This document shows positions 1-11,815 of a stretch of 64,000 nucleotides of DNA, one piece after another; the stretch's first letter is position 1; each line of letters opens with the position of its first letter. This DNA is from Macrostomum lignano (lineage: Eukaryota): NCBI GenBank assembly GCA_002269645.1, contig NIVC01003604.1, forward strand, positions 1 through 64,000, written 5' to 3'. The notes under the pieces are model-generated. The model had not been told where the DNA came from, did no database searches, and saw nothing but the letters and a program-made list of their open reading frames with translations. The position numbers and the translations under genes are program-made.

Positions 1-2291
1 TGATGTACATTGACAAAAGACATTCCACCCGAATTCCTTTTTCAAACATTTTATACATCTCGAGGTCAGTTAGCAGTTCGATCTTGACTTGAGAAGACTT
101 TAGTGCAGAAGCGAATGATAGGCCTGGAGTTGACACAAAATGCACCGGATCTAGCTTGTCTTCCTGCAAACTCAGCCTTCGAAACCCTTCAAAGATATCT
201 GCTAGTTGCCTGATGTCCAGCTCCAAGTAGCAGAGCATGTAATCGCGCAATGTTGTAGATTCGAATTCAGTCCAGGCCTTCTGCGCATGCCGATACTCCG
301 CCTCGGTACAGTGGCTGTTGGTGAGTCGGTTAAAAAAGCTTTCTACTTTTGGCAGTTGGCGATCATCAAGCACATTTAAATTCGAGAGATAATCATAAGG
401 GAAAACTCCCTTACTAAACAGTACATCGCTTGAAAGATTTGGATACTTTGATCGCATCGCATTAGTGATGGGACAGTTGTCCTCCGGCAAGTTCTTAATA
501 AGTTGAGATAGACTGCTGTGTAGGAATTGCAGTGAGTCTATGAATTGTAGCGTGAAAAACAGGGGCTTTTTTACGCCATCTTTCTCATACTCATCAATCT
601 GGAACTCGACCCTCATGGAGAGGTACGACTCGGCAGTTTGGGGGATGACGCTCACCCTCCAACCAGTCATGTCACCAGCGCAGTTGAGAAAATCAAATGC
701 AGGTCATATCGCGAAGATTGTGGAAAACTATTGCAAAAATCGCCGTTTTAGCCGAGCAAGCTTGTTACACGAAGCGCAGGCAGCACCCTTGTATTCACCG
801 CTGAGGTGGTCGTGATCCCAGTGCTTGTCAGAAGATGAAATAAACACTGCATTGCATAAATAGCACTGTGGGGCATCTTGAAAGCTGCGCCTGTTGTCAT
901 CTCTGCTTCTGTCAGCAATCTGATGACTAAACTCGGTATTCCAACCATAAACTTCACGAGCAAGACGTTCGAGTGAGGCCAAAAACTGTTTCACGACAGA
1001 ATTCGGATTGGGTCCGCTGCAGAGGAAAACATCCTCACTCGGCCTCAGAATTTTGCTGCTCATACCCTCTCTTGGAATAACAATGTAGCCAGCAGCTACA
1101 GGTACATGCTCAGTTAACTTGGTGACAGTAACTTCTCTTTCAGACTCCACTGGTTCACGTGGGTGTTCAGAGCTTCAAAATCTGCGTAGACAACAAATGG
1201 GGGACTGATTGTCTTTTCCCAAGCCATGAACTGCATTGTGTTGCTACTTGCATCAGGCATGCGCTCCATAATGGCTGGTTTCAGTTGAGGATTGCAGCTG
1301 TCTCGATGCTGCTCCAACTCTTCCTGGATCGAAACGGAGAAATGCACTTCTCACACCATTTGCGATTCCTCAGACCTTTTTTGCTGTTCAGGAGCCGGTC
1401 CAGGTTCGAAACTGCACACCAGTGTCCAGTCCCACAATTCTCATCACCACCACCATCATCATCAGCGTCATCGGTGCTGGAGTTGCGAAGCAAGAGTAGA
1501 GGAATAACCTTGCGAGAGGCACAAATCCCAGGAAGAGGCTGGCGAATGACATAGGCCTCATCATCTTCCCAGCTAAAAACTGTGAAACAGATTTCGGAAT
1601 TCTTTTCCTCTATAACGTCTAAATCGGAAATTGCGACTGGTAGTGCGATGCCGCTCAGATCGATTTCATCCAACCATCTGCTGTAAGTTGTTAGTCGATG
1701 GCAAGACTTCATCACACCTGGATCTCTGTTGTGCAGGTAAGCGAGACAGGCAAACAGAAAGCAATTGTTTCCATCGCTCGGTGGGTTGATTATGGCCTTC
1801 TTAACGGCCAGCTGATTGGGCAAAGAAAAATTCGCGCATCGTCCACGATAGTAGCGAATGCGATCAGTGAGGGCAGAGCACAGATCAAAATAGTTGATCT
1901 GCTCAACTATCCAACCGCTCCCATTTGAATTGTAGGCATCAATCTTGCGTTCCAGCTCAGAAAACTGCTGCAACCACCACAATTCAAAATCTCTTAGATC
2001 AGAGAGAAGCTCAAGACCGCATGCGATCCACTTATCTTCTGCATTGATTACCGCAGCTTCCTTGATTCTCACCATTCTAATGTTGAACTTGAGCTGCGCT
2101 CGAATAGAATTATTCTCGGATGAATCGAATCTCATCTCAACAGCCTGTAGCACTGCAAACTTCGTTGATGATAAAAAATGAAATGGCTCGAGACCTCTTG
2201 ATGCTGGAGTGAAGCGTCTGACCTGCAGCGTGTCATCATGCGCACTAGCGTGAATAGCCGAGCTGAATTGAATGCCTGCATGAATTAGCAT
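1..2291 (-). CDS. polB: Polinton/Maverick protein-primed family B DNA polymerase; N-terminal ~760 codons, runs off the left edge; six apparent -1 frameshifts
   Basis: Joined reading gives GSGW...KKAIIN...NNCFLFAC...GHW (OTU-like), CEKC, PPFVVYADFEAL (Exo I), CYLC...DHDHLSGEYKGAACASCN (HNH/endonuclease VII-like), VFHNL(RG)YDLHL, FIDSLQFLHSSLSQLIKNL, KGVFPYDY, LDPVHFVSTPGLSF, GI(RG)GMSFV. These are characteristic Polinton pPolB motifs. The reading continues across ORFs 1281-2291, 1114-1347, 728-1150 and an unlisted frame from ~680 to 1. Confidence 0.93.
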
Positions 2292-2366
2292 GTTGTTGGG
2301 TGTACGCGTTTCACTCGGCAGTTAAAATTTATAAATCATAATCCTAATTCCACCTCATTATGGTGC

Positions 2367-2950
2367 GGGAATCGGTTAATCAGGAATCAGTGAATCGGGA
2401 ATCGGCGAATCGGGAATCGGTGAATCGGGAATCGGCGAATCGGGAATCGGTGAATCGCTAATCAGTGAATCGGAATCGCGAATCGGGAATCGGTGAATCG
2501 GGAATCGGCGAATCGGGAATCGGTGAATCGCTAATCAGTGAATCAGGAATCGGGAATCAGTGAATCGGTGAATCGGTGAATCGGGAATCAGTGAATCGGT
2601 GAATCGGGAATCAGTGAATCGGTGAATCAGGAATCAGTGAATCGGTGAATCGGTGAATCGGTGAATCGGGAATCGTGAATCCGTGAATCGGGAATCGGTG
2701 AATCGCTAATCAGTGAATCGGTGAATCGGGAATCAGTGAATCGGTGAATCGGTGAATCGGGAATCGGTGAATCGGTGAATCGGGAATCAGTGAATCGGTG
2801 AATCGGGAATCAGTGAATCGGTGAATCGGTGAATCGGGAATCAGTGAATCGGTGAATCGGGAATCAGTGAATCGGTGAATCGTGAATCGGTGAATCGGAA
2901 TCGGTGAATCCGTGAATCGGGAATCGGTGAATCGGCGAATCAGGAATCGG
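2367..2950. repeat. GAATCGGT/GGGAATC(A/G)GT short-period satellite inside the Polinton
   Basis: Mixed 7-10 bp units sharing the core GAATC, directly visible. Confidence 0.95.
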
Positions 2951-3736
2951 GTTTTATGACTACTTTTTCTTGTACTTATAGAGGGAAGAGTCTACTTTAC
3001 TGGCTTTACTAATCACATTGGATTGACTCACTGGTTGGTTCGATTTCGATAGCAAAATTGGTAGACTCAAGCGGCCGATCACTTGCTGATGATGATGATG
3101 AAGTGTCTCTCGAAGAAGCCATCTCGGTTCGGTTGATGACACGGCTTAGAGCATTTTCGATGAGAATTAGATGAGGAAATTTGCTGAAATACATATTTGT
3201 GAAATTATTTTTTCTTGCAAAAGTAAATTTAAATCCCTAATTTGTGGATATACGCTCGTATTAAGTGTACATATTTTCGAAAGTTGTGCTTCGGGTCTTG
3301 TCGTTACGTGTCAAATTTCGGGGTCTAATAAAGGGTCTAATAAAAGGGTTTAATAAAAGGGTCTTATAAAACGAATTCTAAAAATATTTCAAAATAACTC
3401 AAAGCAGCAAACTTTTCCAAAATTCTGCGCTTCATTGCGCTTTAAAATTTATATTTTAAAAATGCAACGATACGCTACATTATTAGAAGCACAAGTTAAA
3501 GAAGGAGATTGCAAACCCAAACAGAATCAAACCCAATCTGCATTCACACCCAAGCACAGCTTGATCAACGCGCACTGCCTGCATAAATATGAACTTTAAA
3601 AATAGCAATGAGATGTTGAAAAGAAAAATAAATATTATTCACTTTTGCAATATACGGATAATCATCTCGCAATTTAATTCAACACAAAATGTTTGCTAAT
3701 TTAATATTTAACGACTGGTACATTAGAATTATTTGT

Positions 3737-4742
3737 TTAGAATTGAGAATTGCTCAGGCGAATACGGAAAGCCCCTCCCAAGTCAATCCAATATTCACCC
3801 GTAACACTGTTGGGCAGAACCAGCTGGATGCAGAGAGGTGCTGGCTGCTGCAGTACTTCATTAGCGGCCGCAGGCTGAACCTCAGTCGGTGGTGGCGGTG
3901 GTGCAGGCGCAGGGCCTGAGTCCATACGCGCGAATCAGGTCAGACAGGCTGACTTCGGCCGCAGGCTGAACCTCAGTCGGTGGTGGCGGTGGTGGAGGCG
4001 CAGGGCCTGAGTCCATATCGCGAATCAGGTCGGACAGGCTGACTTCGGCCGCAGGCTGAACCTCAGTCGGTGGTGGCGGTGGTGGAGGCGCAGGGCCCGA
4101 GTCCATATCGCGAATCACGTCGGACAGGCTGACTTCTGCCAGCATCCTGGCACGCTCCATATTTTTTTCGGGAACAGGGATTGCACGCCGCTGCTGCTGC
4201 TGTTGCATTTCTTGCTGCTCCTGTGCTTCAGGCTCACCATCGAGGTTCTCGAAGAAAGCGGTGTCCAGCTCATTCAGCTCGAAGTCAGGGGTGCCACCTC
4301 CATCAGCAGCATCAAGCAGGGGAGCTCCGACATCATCATCAAGTAGAGCAGCAGAAGCAGCAGCAGGCTGGGCGTTGGGCTGGTCACCAGTGTTCGTTAC
4401 TCGGCCGCATAAGCTCGTGATAACTTGACTCAAAGTGCTCACCGGGTCTCGAATGCGTTCTGCCGCCCTGTTGCGTTCCTCTTGACGTGCAACTTCCAGA
4501 GCAGTAATGCGTGCCTGCTCGCGGTCTTCAGCAGAGCTCCAATTAACAGTCGAATGATTTTTATGCCTTTTGATTTGGCCTCTAACGGTGAAGAGCTCAA
4601 CGGACTGGCATTCATGGCATAGTAGCCATCGGGTGACACTGCAGCCTTCATTCGCTACATGGTGCTTTAGTCCACCGAGCATACTAATATTGCAGGTGAC
4701 ACACACCTCATGAACGTAGGATGGGCACCGAGAATGGCTCAT
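3737..4742 (-). CDS. Polinton accessory protein: Cys/His-rich N-terminus, acidic/Gln-rich middle, three 30-aa polyproline repeats; one +1 frameshift near 3927
   Basis: ORF 3882-4742 continues in ORF 3737-3925. The repeat EVSLSDLIRDMDSGPAPPPPPPPTEVQPAA has a 90-bp period (4051 to 3961), and the last copy is 91 bp (3961 to 3870). Confidence 0.7.
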
Positions 4743-6536
4743 GGTTTAAAATTTAATCAAGGGTTTTTTGTGAAAATTTGAAATTTCGAAGTCCGTTTAA
4801 ATCTCAACAAAATATATTTTAATGGCTCAGTAGAATTTTTCAGTCCTTATATCCAAATCACCAGGCAATATCGCCTATATGTACACATACAGATATGTTT
4901 AAACGTTACATATGTGTATGCACTAATTATTTTCTTACCGTTATTGAGCAATAATAATAATAAAACTGATAACATTCCCCCCGTCGCGTGCATCAGTTAG
5001 TTTTAAAGACCTCCACCCCAGACCTGCACCCCACTTCCCCGCGCCCAAATCAGCAGTATCAAGAAAAACAATAACAAGGCAATAAACGGCGCTTTGCAAG
5101 CTCACTTTCACAACAAATTCAGTCCAGTTTGCGAGACTCGTACTAAAGTGCGGAGGAACTCATGAACATAGGCCTATGTATTCCCACTGCCAACAAAGTT
5201 TAAATATTGTGGAGATCGGAAGCCAGGTTCGCCCAATTTTCAATTAACTATGGCTAATGTACACTAGAGAAGTTTTTTACTATTTTTAGAGAGTCAGTTT
5301 TGGGCTTCCCAGGAACTTGTGCTGCTTTCCCCTGCGGCGGAGTCCACCAATCCATTTACATAGAGCTCTATTCGGCTTTTTTCATTGAAGATCGAGTAGT
5401 AGGAAAATGAAAAGCGTCAAATTTTTCTTTTTTTGTCTAATTAGCTTAATTACTTCTCAAAGGATAAAAACATTTTCATTTAAAATCTAGAAACTAGTAT
5501 TCTTTTCAAATGTTTGAAATGTTATTTCAAATTCGTCCTTTCGTTTCTATAGAAATACGATAAAAGATCGAGAAAATTTCTCGAACCGAATTCCAGAATC
5601 GGATCGCGGTTTTGGAACCGACTATGAAAACGGAACAGACAATATGAAAAGCTTCGAACCGATTCTGGTCCTGGAATCGGTCATATGAAAAGCCCGTATA
5701 TTTCGCTCTCCGACCCCCCCCCATGGAAATTCCGTGGCTTTCCCTGCGGCAGAGTCCACCAATGCATTTACATAGGCGCTATGTTTACACACATAGGCCC
5801 GTGGTTTTCCCACGGAAATTCCTGCGGCAGAGTCCACATTTCCCCTACTACTTAACTGAACTACGTATTTATTTCTGTTGAGCTAGGAGCATGGAGCGGA
5901 AAGAGAGACAGAGAAAGCAGGTAAATAGAGACAAGTGCAGATGAACTGAAGAAATTGACGATAAGAAAGTCGTGACACATGCAGCCACAGCTTTTAGAGC
6001 AGAGCAATAATATTAGGCACAGTGTACTGCTGCAACAGTTTGCCATATATCAGAGCAGTTTGATTCGATTTCGCAGAAAAAGTGCAAGAGTATACCAAAT
6101 CCTCGCGTACATTCAATACAAGGAACAATATTTAAATGTGCGCTGTTTGAATTCCGCTTTTAGAGGCACCGCCAGCTATTTTATTAAGATAGGCAGGGGT
6201 ATTTTCTACACACCCCAATCGCTTTACTGTACGTAGTCGCGCACGTGCAACTGTACATTAAAACTTTCTTGTGCAGCAACTTGCATGTACTACACAGTAC
6301 AGTAGAGAGATTAGTCTGAATGTACGCCACAATTAGTGCAGTGCAGTAGGAAAACGAAAACGAAAATTTATTTCAACCCTCGTCTATTGTTCAGTACGTT
6401 GTTTAGATAGTTCAGTTATTTAACTTTTACTCGTATTTGTGAGGGAAGCTGAAACCAAAAAAAGATTCGACTGCAATCATAAGAGCGCCAGCTACACAGA
6501 GCAATATTATAAAGAAGATTCTAGAAGCAACAACAA

Positions 6537-9500
6537 ATGGATCTATTTCGAGGCTGGCTATTCGGGTCGCCCCGAGATCGCGCGGCCGCCGAACTGATGG
6601 CGACATTCGTATCAGCTCTTGAAGAGAACAACACAAGCGCTGTCAGAATGATTCTACAGGCTGGCATGGTGGATCCCAACATCAAGTTTAGGGCTAGAAA
6701 TGGTAAGACACCGCTTCACATTACCTGTGGCTATAATCACCTGGCTTGCACCAAGCTTCTGCTCGAACACGGGGCCAATCCGGCTATGCGAGACAATCGC
6801 GGCAAGTCCGCGCTGATGCGAGCGGTGTCTCACGGATCTCCCGAGATTGTACGCGAACTGCTGCTAGCGGATCCCACTCTGCTGACTGACGAGAACGAAT
6901 TCACTGATTTCGAAGGTGTATCGTTGATTCATTACGCGTTGTACGGAGCTGTAGCGAGTCGAGCTGTTCGTGATGCTAACGAGATCATGAAGATTGTGCT
7001 AGCCTACGGTGCTGCAAAGGTAGATAGTACCGGTAGTTGGGTGCACGTTTTACATATATTCGTTCTCTGGTTCTGTTTTGACTGCTTTTCATTCCTTTTT
7101 ATTTGTCCATTCTTTTGTTTGTGTGTTCGTTCGTTCGTTCATTCATTCGTTCATTCATTCATTCGTTCGTTCGTTCGTTCGTTCGTTCGTTCGTTCGTTC
7201 GTTCGTTCGTTCGTTCGTTCGTTCGTTCGTTCGTTTGTTCGTTCGTTCGTTTGTTTGTTCGTTCGTTCGTTCGTTCGTTCGTTCGTTCGTTCGTTCGTTC
7301 GTTCGTTCGTTCGTTCGTTCGTTCGTTCGTTCGTTCGTTCGTTCGTTCGTTCGTTCGTTCGTTCGTTCGTTCGTTCGTTCGTTCGTTCGTTCGTTCGTTC
7401 GTTCGTTTGTTCGTTCGTTCGTTTGTTTGTTCGTTCGTTCGTTCGTTCGTTCGTTCGTTCGTTCGTTCGTTCGTTCGTTCGTTCGTTCGTTCGATATTCC
7501 CTTTGTTTAAACGACAAGAAGAGTCCTCTAAAACTTAACAGGAAGTCTGCAAAGCTGTTCAATCAGTTTGGATACTTGCTTCCATCGACTTACAAGAGGT
7601 GGTAGCCGGGTCACTGGGCGCAATGAACAAGAAGCCACCGCCTATTATTTACAAGACCGCCAGCGACTATGTTATACAGCACTGCCTGATCAATAAGACA
7701 GCTCTGGGTCGCATTGACCTGCTCGATGCAGCGGTTAAAAATTGCGGAATTAATTTGAACTTCGTATTCGACTGTCACCCCGGAGGGATCAACGTAAGGA
7801 ATATTTTTGTACTTTTGAGCATGGCTACACTTGCTTGCCCAAGAGTTACGCATGAACCCTCTCGAGACAAATGAATTTTCATTGTCCTCTTTGTTTCTAT
7901 AATATTAAAGACAGTCACTAATCTCGTTAACCCTTGTTGAGCAGCTCCCAACAGCCTCAATTCCAAGCGGACTCTGCGGCGCCAAAGACGGCTTGCTGTC
8001 GCTAACTCTGCCCGTCGCTGCCATCCTCTGCGAAAATCCCGACGCCACAGAGGCGATTCTGCGCTATCTGAAGGCTGCTGGCGCCACCCTGGATCATCGC
8101 GACCGTCATGGCTTCACTCCAACTTTCTGGGCCGCCGCGCTAGGGAAACTGTCGGCTCTACGTTACCTACTGATCGAAGGAAAGTGCTCAGCCTCGGTTA
8201 AAAGCCACTCAGACTTGACCTTGGCTCACCTGTGCTGCGCCCACTGCCCGGACGAGGCCACAGCCTGCGCAGTTTTGCAGCTCATCGCCAGACGCGGCGG
8301 CCCGTTGGACAGGACGGACAAGACTGGCCGAACGCCGTCGCAGTTGCTCGCCGAAAGAAGCTGCCTAAACGTGCTGCGCTGCTTGGCGGGTCATCGCGGA
8401 TGCAAAGCTCAACAAATTCTGCCGCTGCCGAGCCTGGGAGACTCCGGCGTCAGTCTGCTGGGACTCGCTGTGCAACGCGGATGGGAGGCTGAAGTTCTGG
8501 CTAGGTGAGTGAAGCAGTAGCCGTGTGTGTCCTGCGCACCATCGAGTTGCTACTTCGATGTATGAAACGGATGTATTGAAATTTCAAAGTAAGTTTTTTT
8601 CCAAAATCCTGAGAAGTAACCAGCAGAATATCATATTTATACATTACCGATTACCGACCATGCAGTATCATTACCGATGTTCTTCTCTGAAACTCAAAGT
8701 CAAAGAGACAGAATTTCAACAGTATTCGATAACAACAGAGACTAGTCGATTGGAGTTAGTACGCAGCTGAATTTGACCCTTTCGAGGCGGCCCAACCCCG
8801 TTGAAAACGTTACCGTGCTAAGAACCGCTAAATAGTCATTGCAAACAACTCACCAGTAACTCTATTGACTCTGGGGTGACTCCTGTGACTTTTTAACAGC
8901 TAAAACGACTGAAATGCGACGGAGAGGTGACTGTTGAGTCACGAGCGCATCACGTGAGTTGTAAAGAATTGCCAGTCGCAAAAAATTCGCTGTCGCTGTG
9001 CTAACGCATAACTTTCTACTAAGTCAAGTTGACTAAATAATAGAGTTGATATAAATGTGAAATGCGATTCTAATTCATTAAGTGACGAAGATGTGCAGAT
9101 GCGCAGAAGATGTGCAGATGCGCAGAAGCACTGAGTGTGCCTCAAGGCTTCTAAAGCGACTCTTGCACGCCTCAGATACGACTTTAAGGCTCCATAGTGA
9201 TAATTGCGTCGCAAAAAGTCTAGATGAGCTAGTAAAGATTGTCATGTAAAAAACATCACCTTTTTTATTACCGACCCGGCTGACTTGACAGACTATGCTA
9301 CCAGCGTCGAGAGGACTGGCATCGTCAGCGACATCATCGCGAACAGCAGCACCAGCAGCTTCTTGAATTTGCTGTCGAGGCTGGTCACAGAAGAATCCTG
9401 GAAGCTCTGATAGTGTTCAGCTTCGATTTCTGTTCCGATGAATTTATTGAAGGTCTTCCCAGACGCCTGCTGTCAATGGCAGTTCCCCAGTTCAACGTGA

Positions 9501-10470
9501 AACTATTGAACCTGCTCACTGATCGGCTTGGTGTCGATATTGACGCCATCGACCCGGCAGATGGCGAGACTTGGCTGACCAGAGCCACCACTGGAGGCCA
9601 CCTTGGACTGGTTCAATTCTTGCTGAGCGCTGGCGCCAGTCCCGACAAGCGAAATGCTGCTGGTGACAGCGCCGAGACCCTGGCTGCTCGAGATATCAAG
9701 GATGAGTTGCAGTTTGTGCAGTTCATGGAGCTGTTCTACTCTGCCACGCCGGAGCTTTGGCCGGGTGAGACGTCCAGATGGGTTTGGTTTAACAGGTGCA
9801 CTCGGTAGATGGGGAGGGGCGGCGGAGATTCTTAACTTAACTTAACATTCTTAACCGGATCTCCCCCCACAGCATCCGCGTCAAGCTCGCCATCGGCCGG
9901 TGTAATCAATGCATCTGTTGAGTTGAGAACTCGTGAACGCCAAGTCACCTTGCAGCTGGCAATGTTCACTCAAAGCTATTTGGTTGTGGAGTACAGTGTC
10001 TACTTTAGTCAGGCAGTCAACATTTTTCGCATGGTAAGAACTGTGTACAATTATCTCTCGGTGAGAAAGTCAGGGCCGTTTTACATCCTGTGTGAGCTTG
10101 TGTGACTGCGTACGTAACTACTTAGTGTGCAGAAACTGCTGGCTTTTCCCAGATCACGAGTTATGAATGATTAAAAGTAATCCGACAACTCGAAATTATC
10201 CAGTCTCGCCGTGACCAGCTGCCAGTGCTGTCAGACATTCTGTCGGACATTCGTCAAAGAGTTCTAGCACAGAGACGACTCAGCATGAGAGCTCTGGTAG
10301 CAATTGACGTTAAGCAGCAGGTATCAGCCGATTGGCCAGTCATTGAGTACGCTGCTGGGTTGACAACTGCGAAGCTGCGCGAACTGCTGTGCCAGCTGCA
10401 TCACTTGGTCTCACCTAACGGAGACCAAACAATCAATGGCTTTGAATTGTTGGTAACCGCCTACATTTGA
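6537..10470 (+). CDS. Multi-ankyrin-repeat protein, ~731 aa, possible SOCS-box-like C-terminus; 6 exons
   Basis: Exons 6537-7019, 7542-7793, 7945-8504, 9292-9764, 9873-10033, 10204-10470. All are GT-AG with matching phases and total 2196 nt (732 codons). Ankyrin motifs: GKTPLHITC, GKSALMRAV, GFTPTFWAA, GRTPSQLLA, GETWLTRAT. Confidence 0.85.
7125..7492. repeat. (TTCG)n microsatellite in intron 1 of the ankyrin gene
   Basis: Directly visible tetranucleotide run. Confidence 0.98.
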
Positions 10471-11573
10471 AAATTAGTAGCAGGTGCTAATCTTTTATTT
10501 TCTAATGTAATCTAATGTCTTTTTAAAAATCTAATGTATTTTTATTTTATAGTCTTCCTCTGTACATAAACCGCAGGGTGTTGTGGACTTTTGCTGATAA
10601 TAAAAGCCACTGCCACAGATCTACACTCGGCCAAAGACAATAAAGCCAATCAAAGCCAGTTACAGAAACTCCACTTCGCCATAGACAATTTTGGGCACAA
10701 AACTTTTGACAATTAGTGCTGTTTTTAATATAGCTTTCTGAAACCCCTTGCTACCATAGACAAAAGCCCCATTGCATTGGCAAATGAATCTTGGATTAAA
10801 TTAAATGCGCGAAGGCCCAAATGGGCTGCTCCCTCCTCCTTATTATCCCCATTTGATTGGCGTAATTATCAACTTGACTGACGAAAGCAATCTTTACATG
10901 TTTATAAAATTATAAAATCATAATATTTATTAGCCTTGATGACGCCTAACTGACTGACAGATATTCCTTTTTTCAATTATTCACTGTGACAATTAACCAA
11001 ATACAAAAAGATGGAAAGGCAAAGATTAGTTGTTTCCAACTTTGGCAATTCAAAAATAGCAAGAAAAAATGAATATTTTCCTAAGGCGCATTGTATTTTG
11101 GAAAACGCAAAAATTGTTTTTGTTTTCATATTAATTGTGGAGTTTGACGACCCAGTGGGCGGCAAGGCAAGACGTATGTTCAGGTTTCAACAAAATTCGA
11201 TTAACATCAAACAAATTTAAAAAGTAAAAAAGAAGCAAATTTGTACTGTACAATAAGCTAGTTTGAATTCGAACTACAATTCCAATGAAAAGAGAAGCAA
11301 AATATCCAAATTCTCTACTCGACTCGCTACTTTATGTAGGGCCTAGAGATATAAAAAATTATCTGGTTTTTGTGGTTTTATGACGCGAGAGCAGATTAAA
11401 CTGGCAATAAAGTTTTAAAGACGAAAGACTTCTCCAAAACCTGACTCTGCACCAGAAAATCGGATTTAAAATAGCGATTGAACTACTACTTAGTAGCCAC
11501 TGTAGTAGTATTCGAAGTTACAATCAGTAAATTGAGAAAAAAAGTTCTAGCAGACAGGCAAATAGCAATGGCC

Positions 11574-11815
11574 TCACCCGTTGGAATCACCCATTGGAAG
11601 AGTGCCTCACCCGTTGGAAGAGTGCCTCACCCATTGGAAGAGTGCCTCACCCATTGGAAGAGTGCCTCACCCATTGGAAGAGTGCCTCACCCATTGGAAG
11701 AGTGCCTCACCCATTGGAAGAGTGCCTCACCCGTTGGAAGAGTGCCTCACCCGTTGGAAGAGTGCCTCACCCATTGGAAGAGTGCCTCACCCATTGGAAG
11801 AGTGCCTCACCCGTT
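11574..11815. repeat. 20-bp minisatellite CC(A/G)TTGGAAGAGTGCCTCAC, ~12 copies, immediately 3' of the prominin-like stop codon
   Basis: Directly visible 20-bp period. Confidence 0.97.

Larger units (their letters stand above)
1..5852 (-). mobile_element. Right arm of a Polinton/Maverick (adintovirus-like) element
   Basis: pPolB plus an accessory ORF, both transcribed away from a terminus ending CCCCTACTACT at 5852. Polinton termini are typically AGTAGT...ACTACT. Subterminal repeats TTCC(C)CTGCGGC(A/G)GAGTCCAC occur at ~5325, ~5738 and ~5818. Confidence 0.8.

Noticed and set aside
2960-3194. Small Polinton ORF(s) between the satellite and the polyproline gene
   Set aside because: Two overlapping ~60-aa frames with no recognisable motif. 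They could be one frameshifted viral gene, but this cannot be supported.
7020-7605. ORFs rich in VRSF/NERT, including the apparent C-terminal half of ORF 6537-7538
   Set aside because: These are read-through of the (TTCG)n intron. The real exon 1 ends at the donor at 7020.
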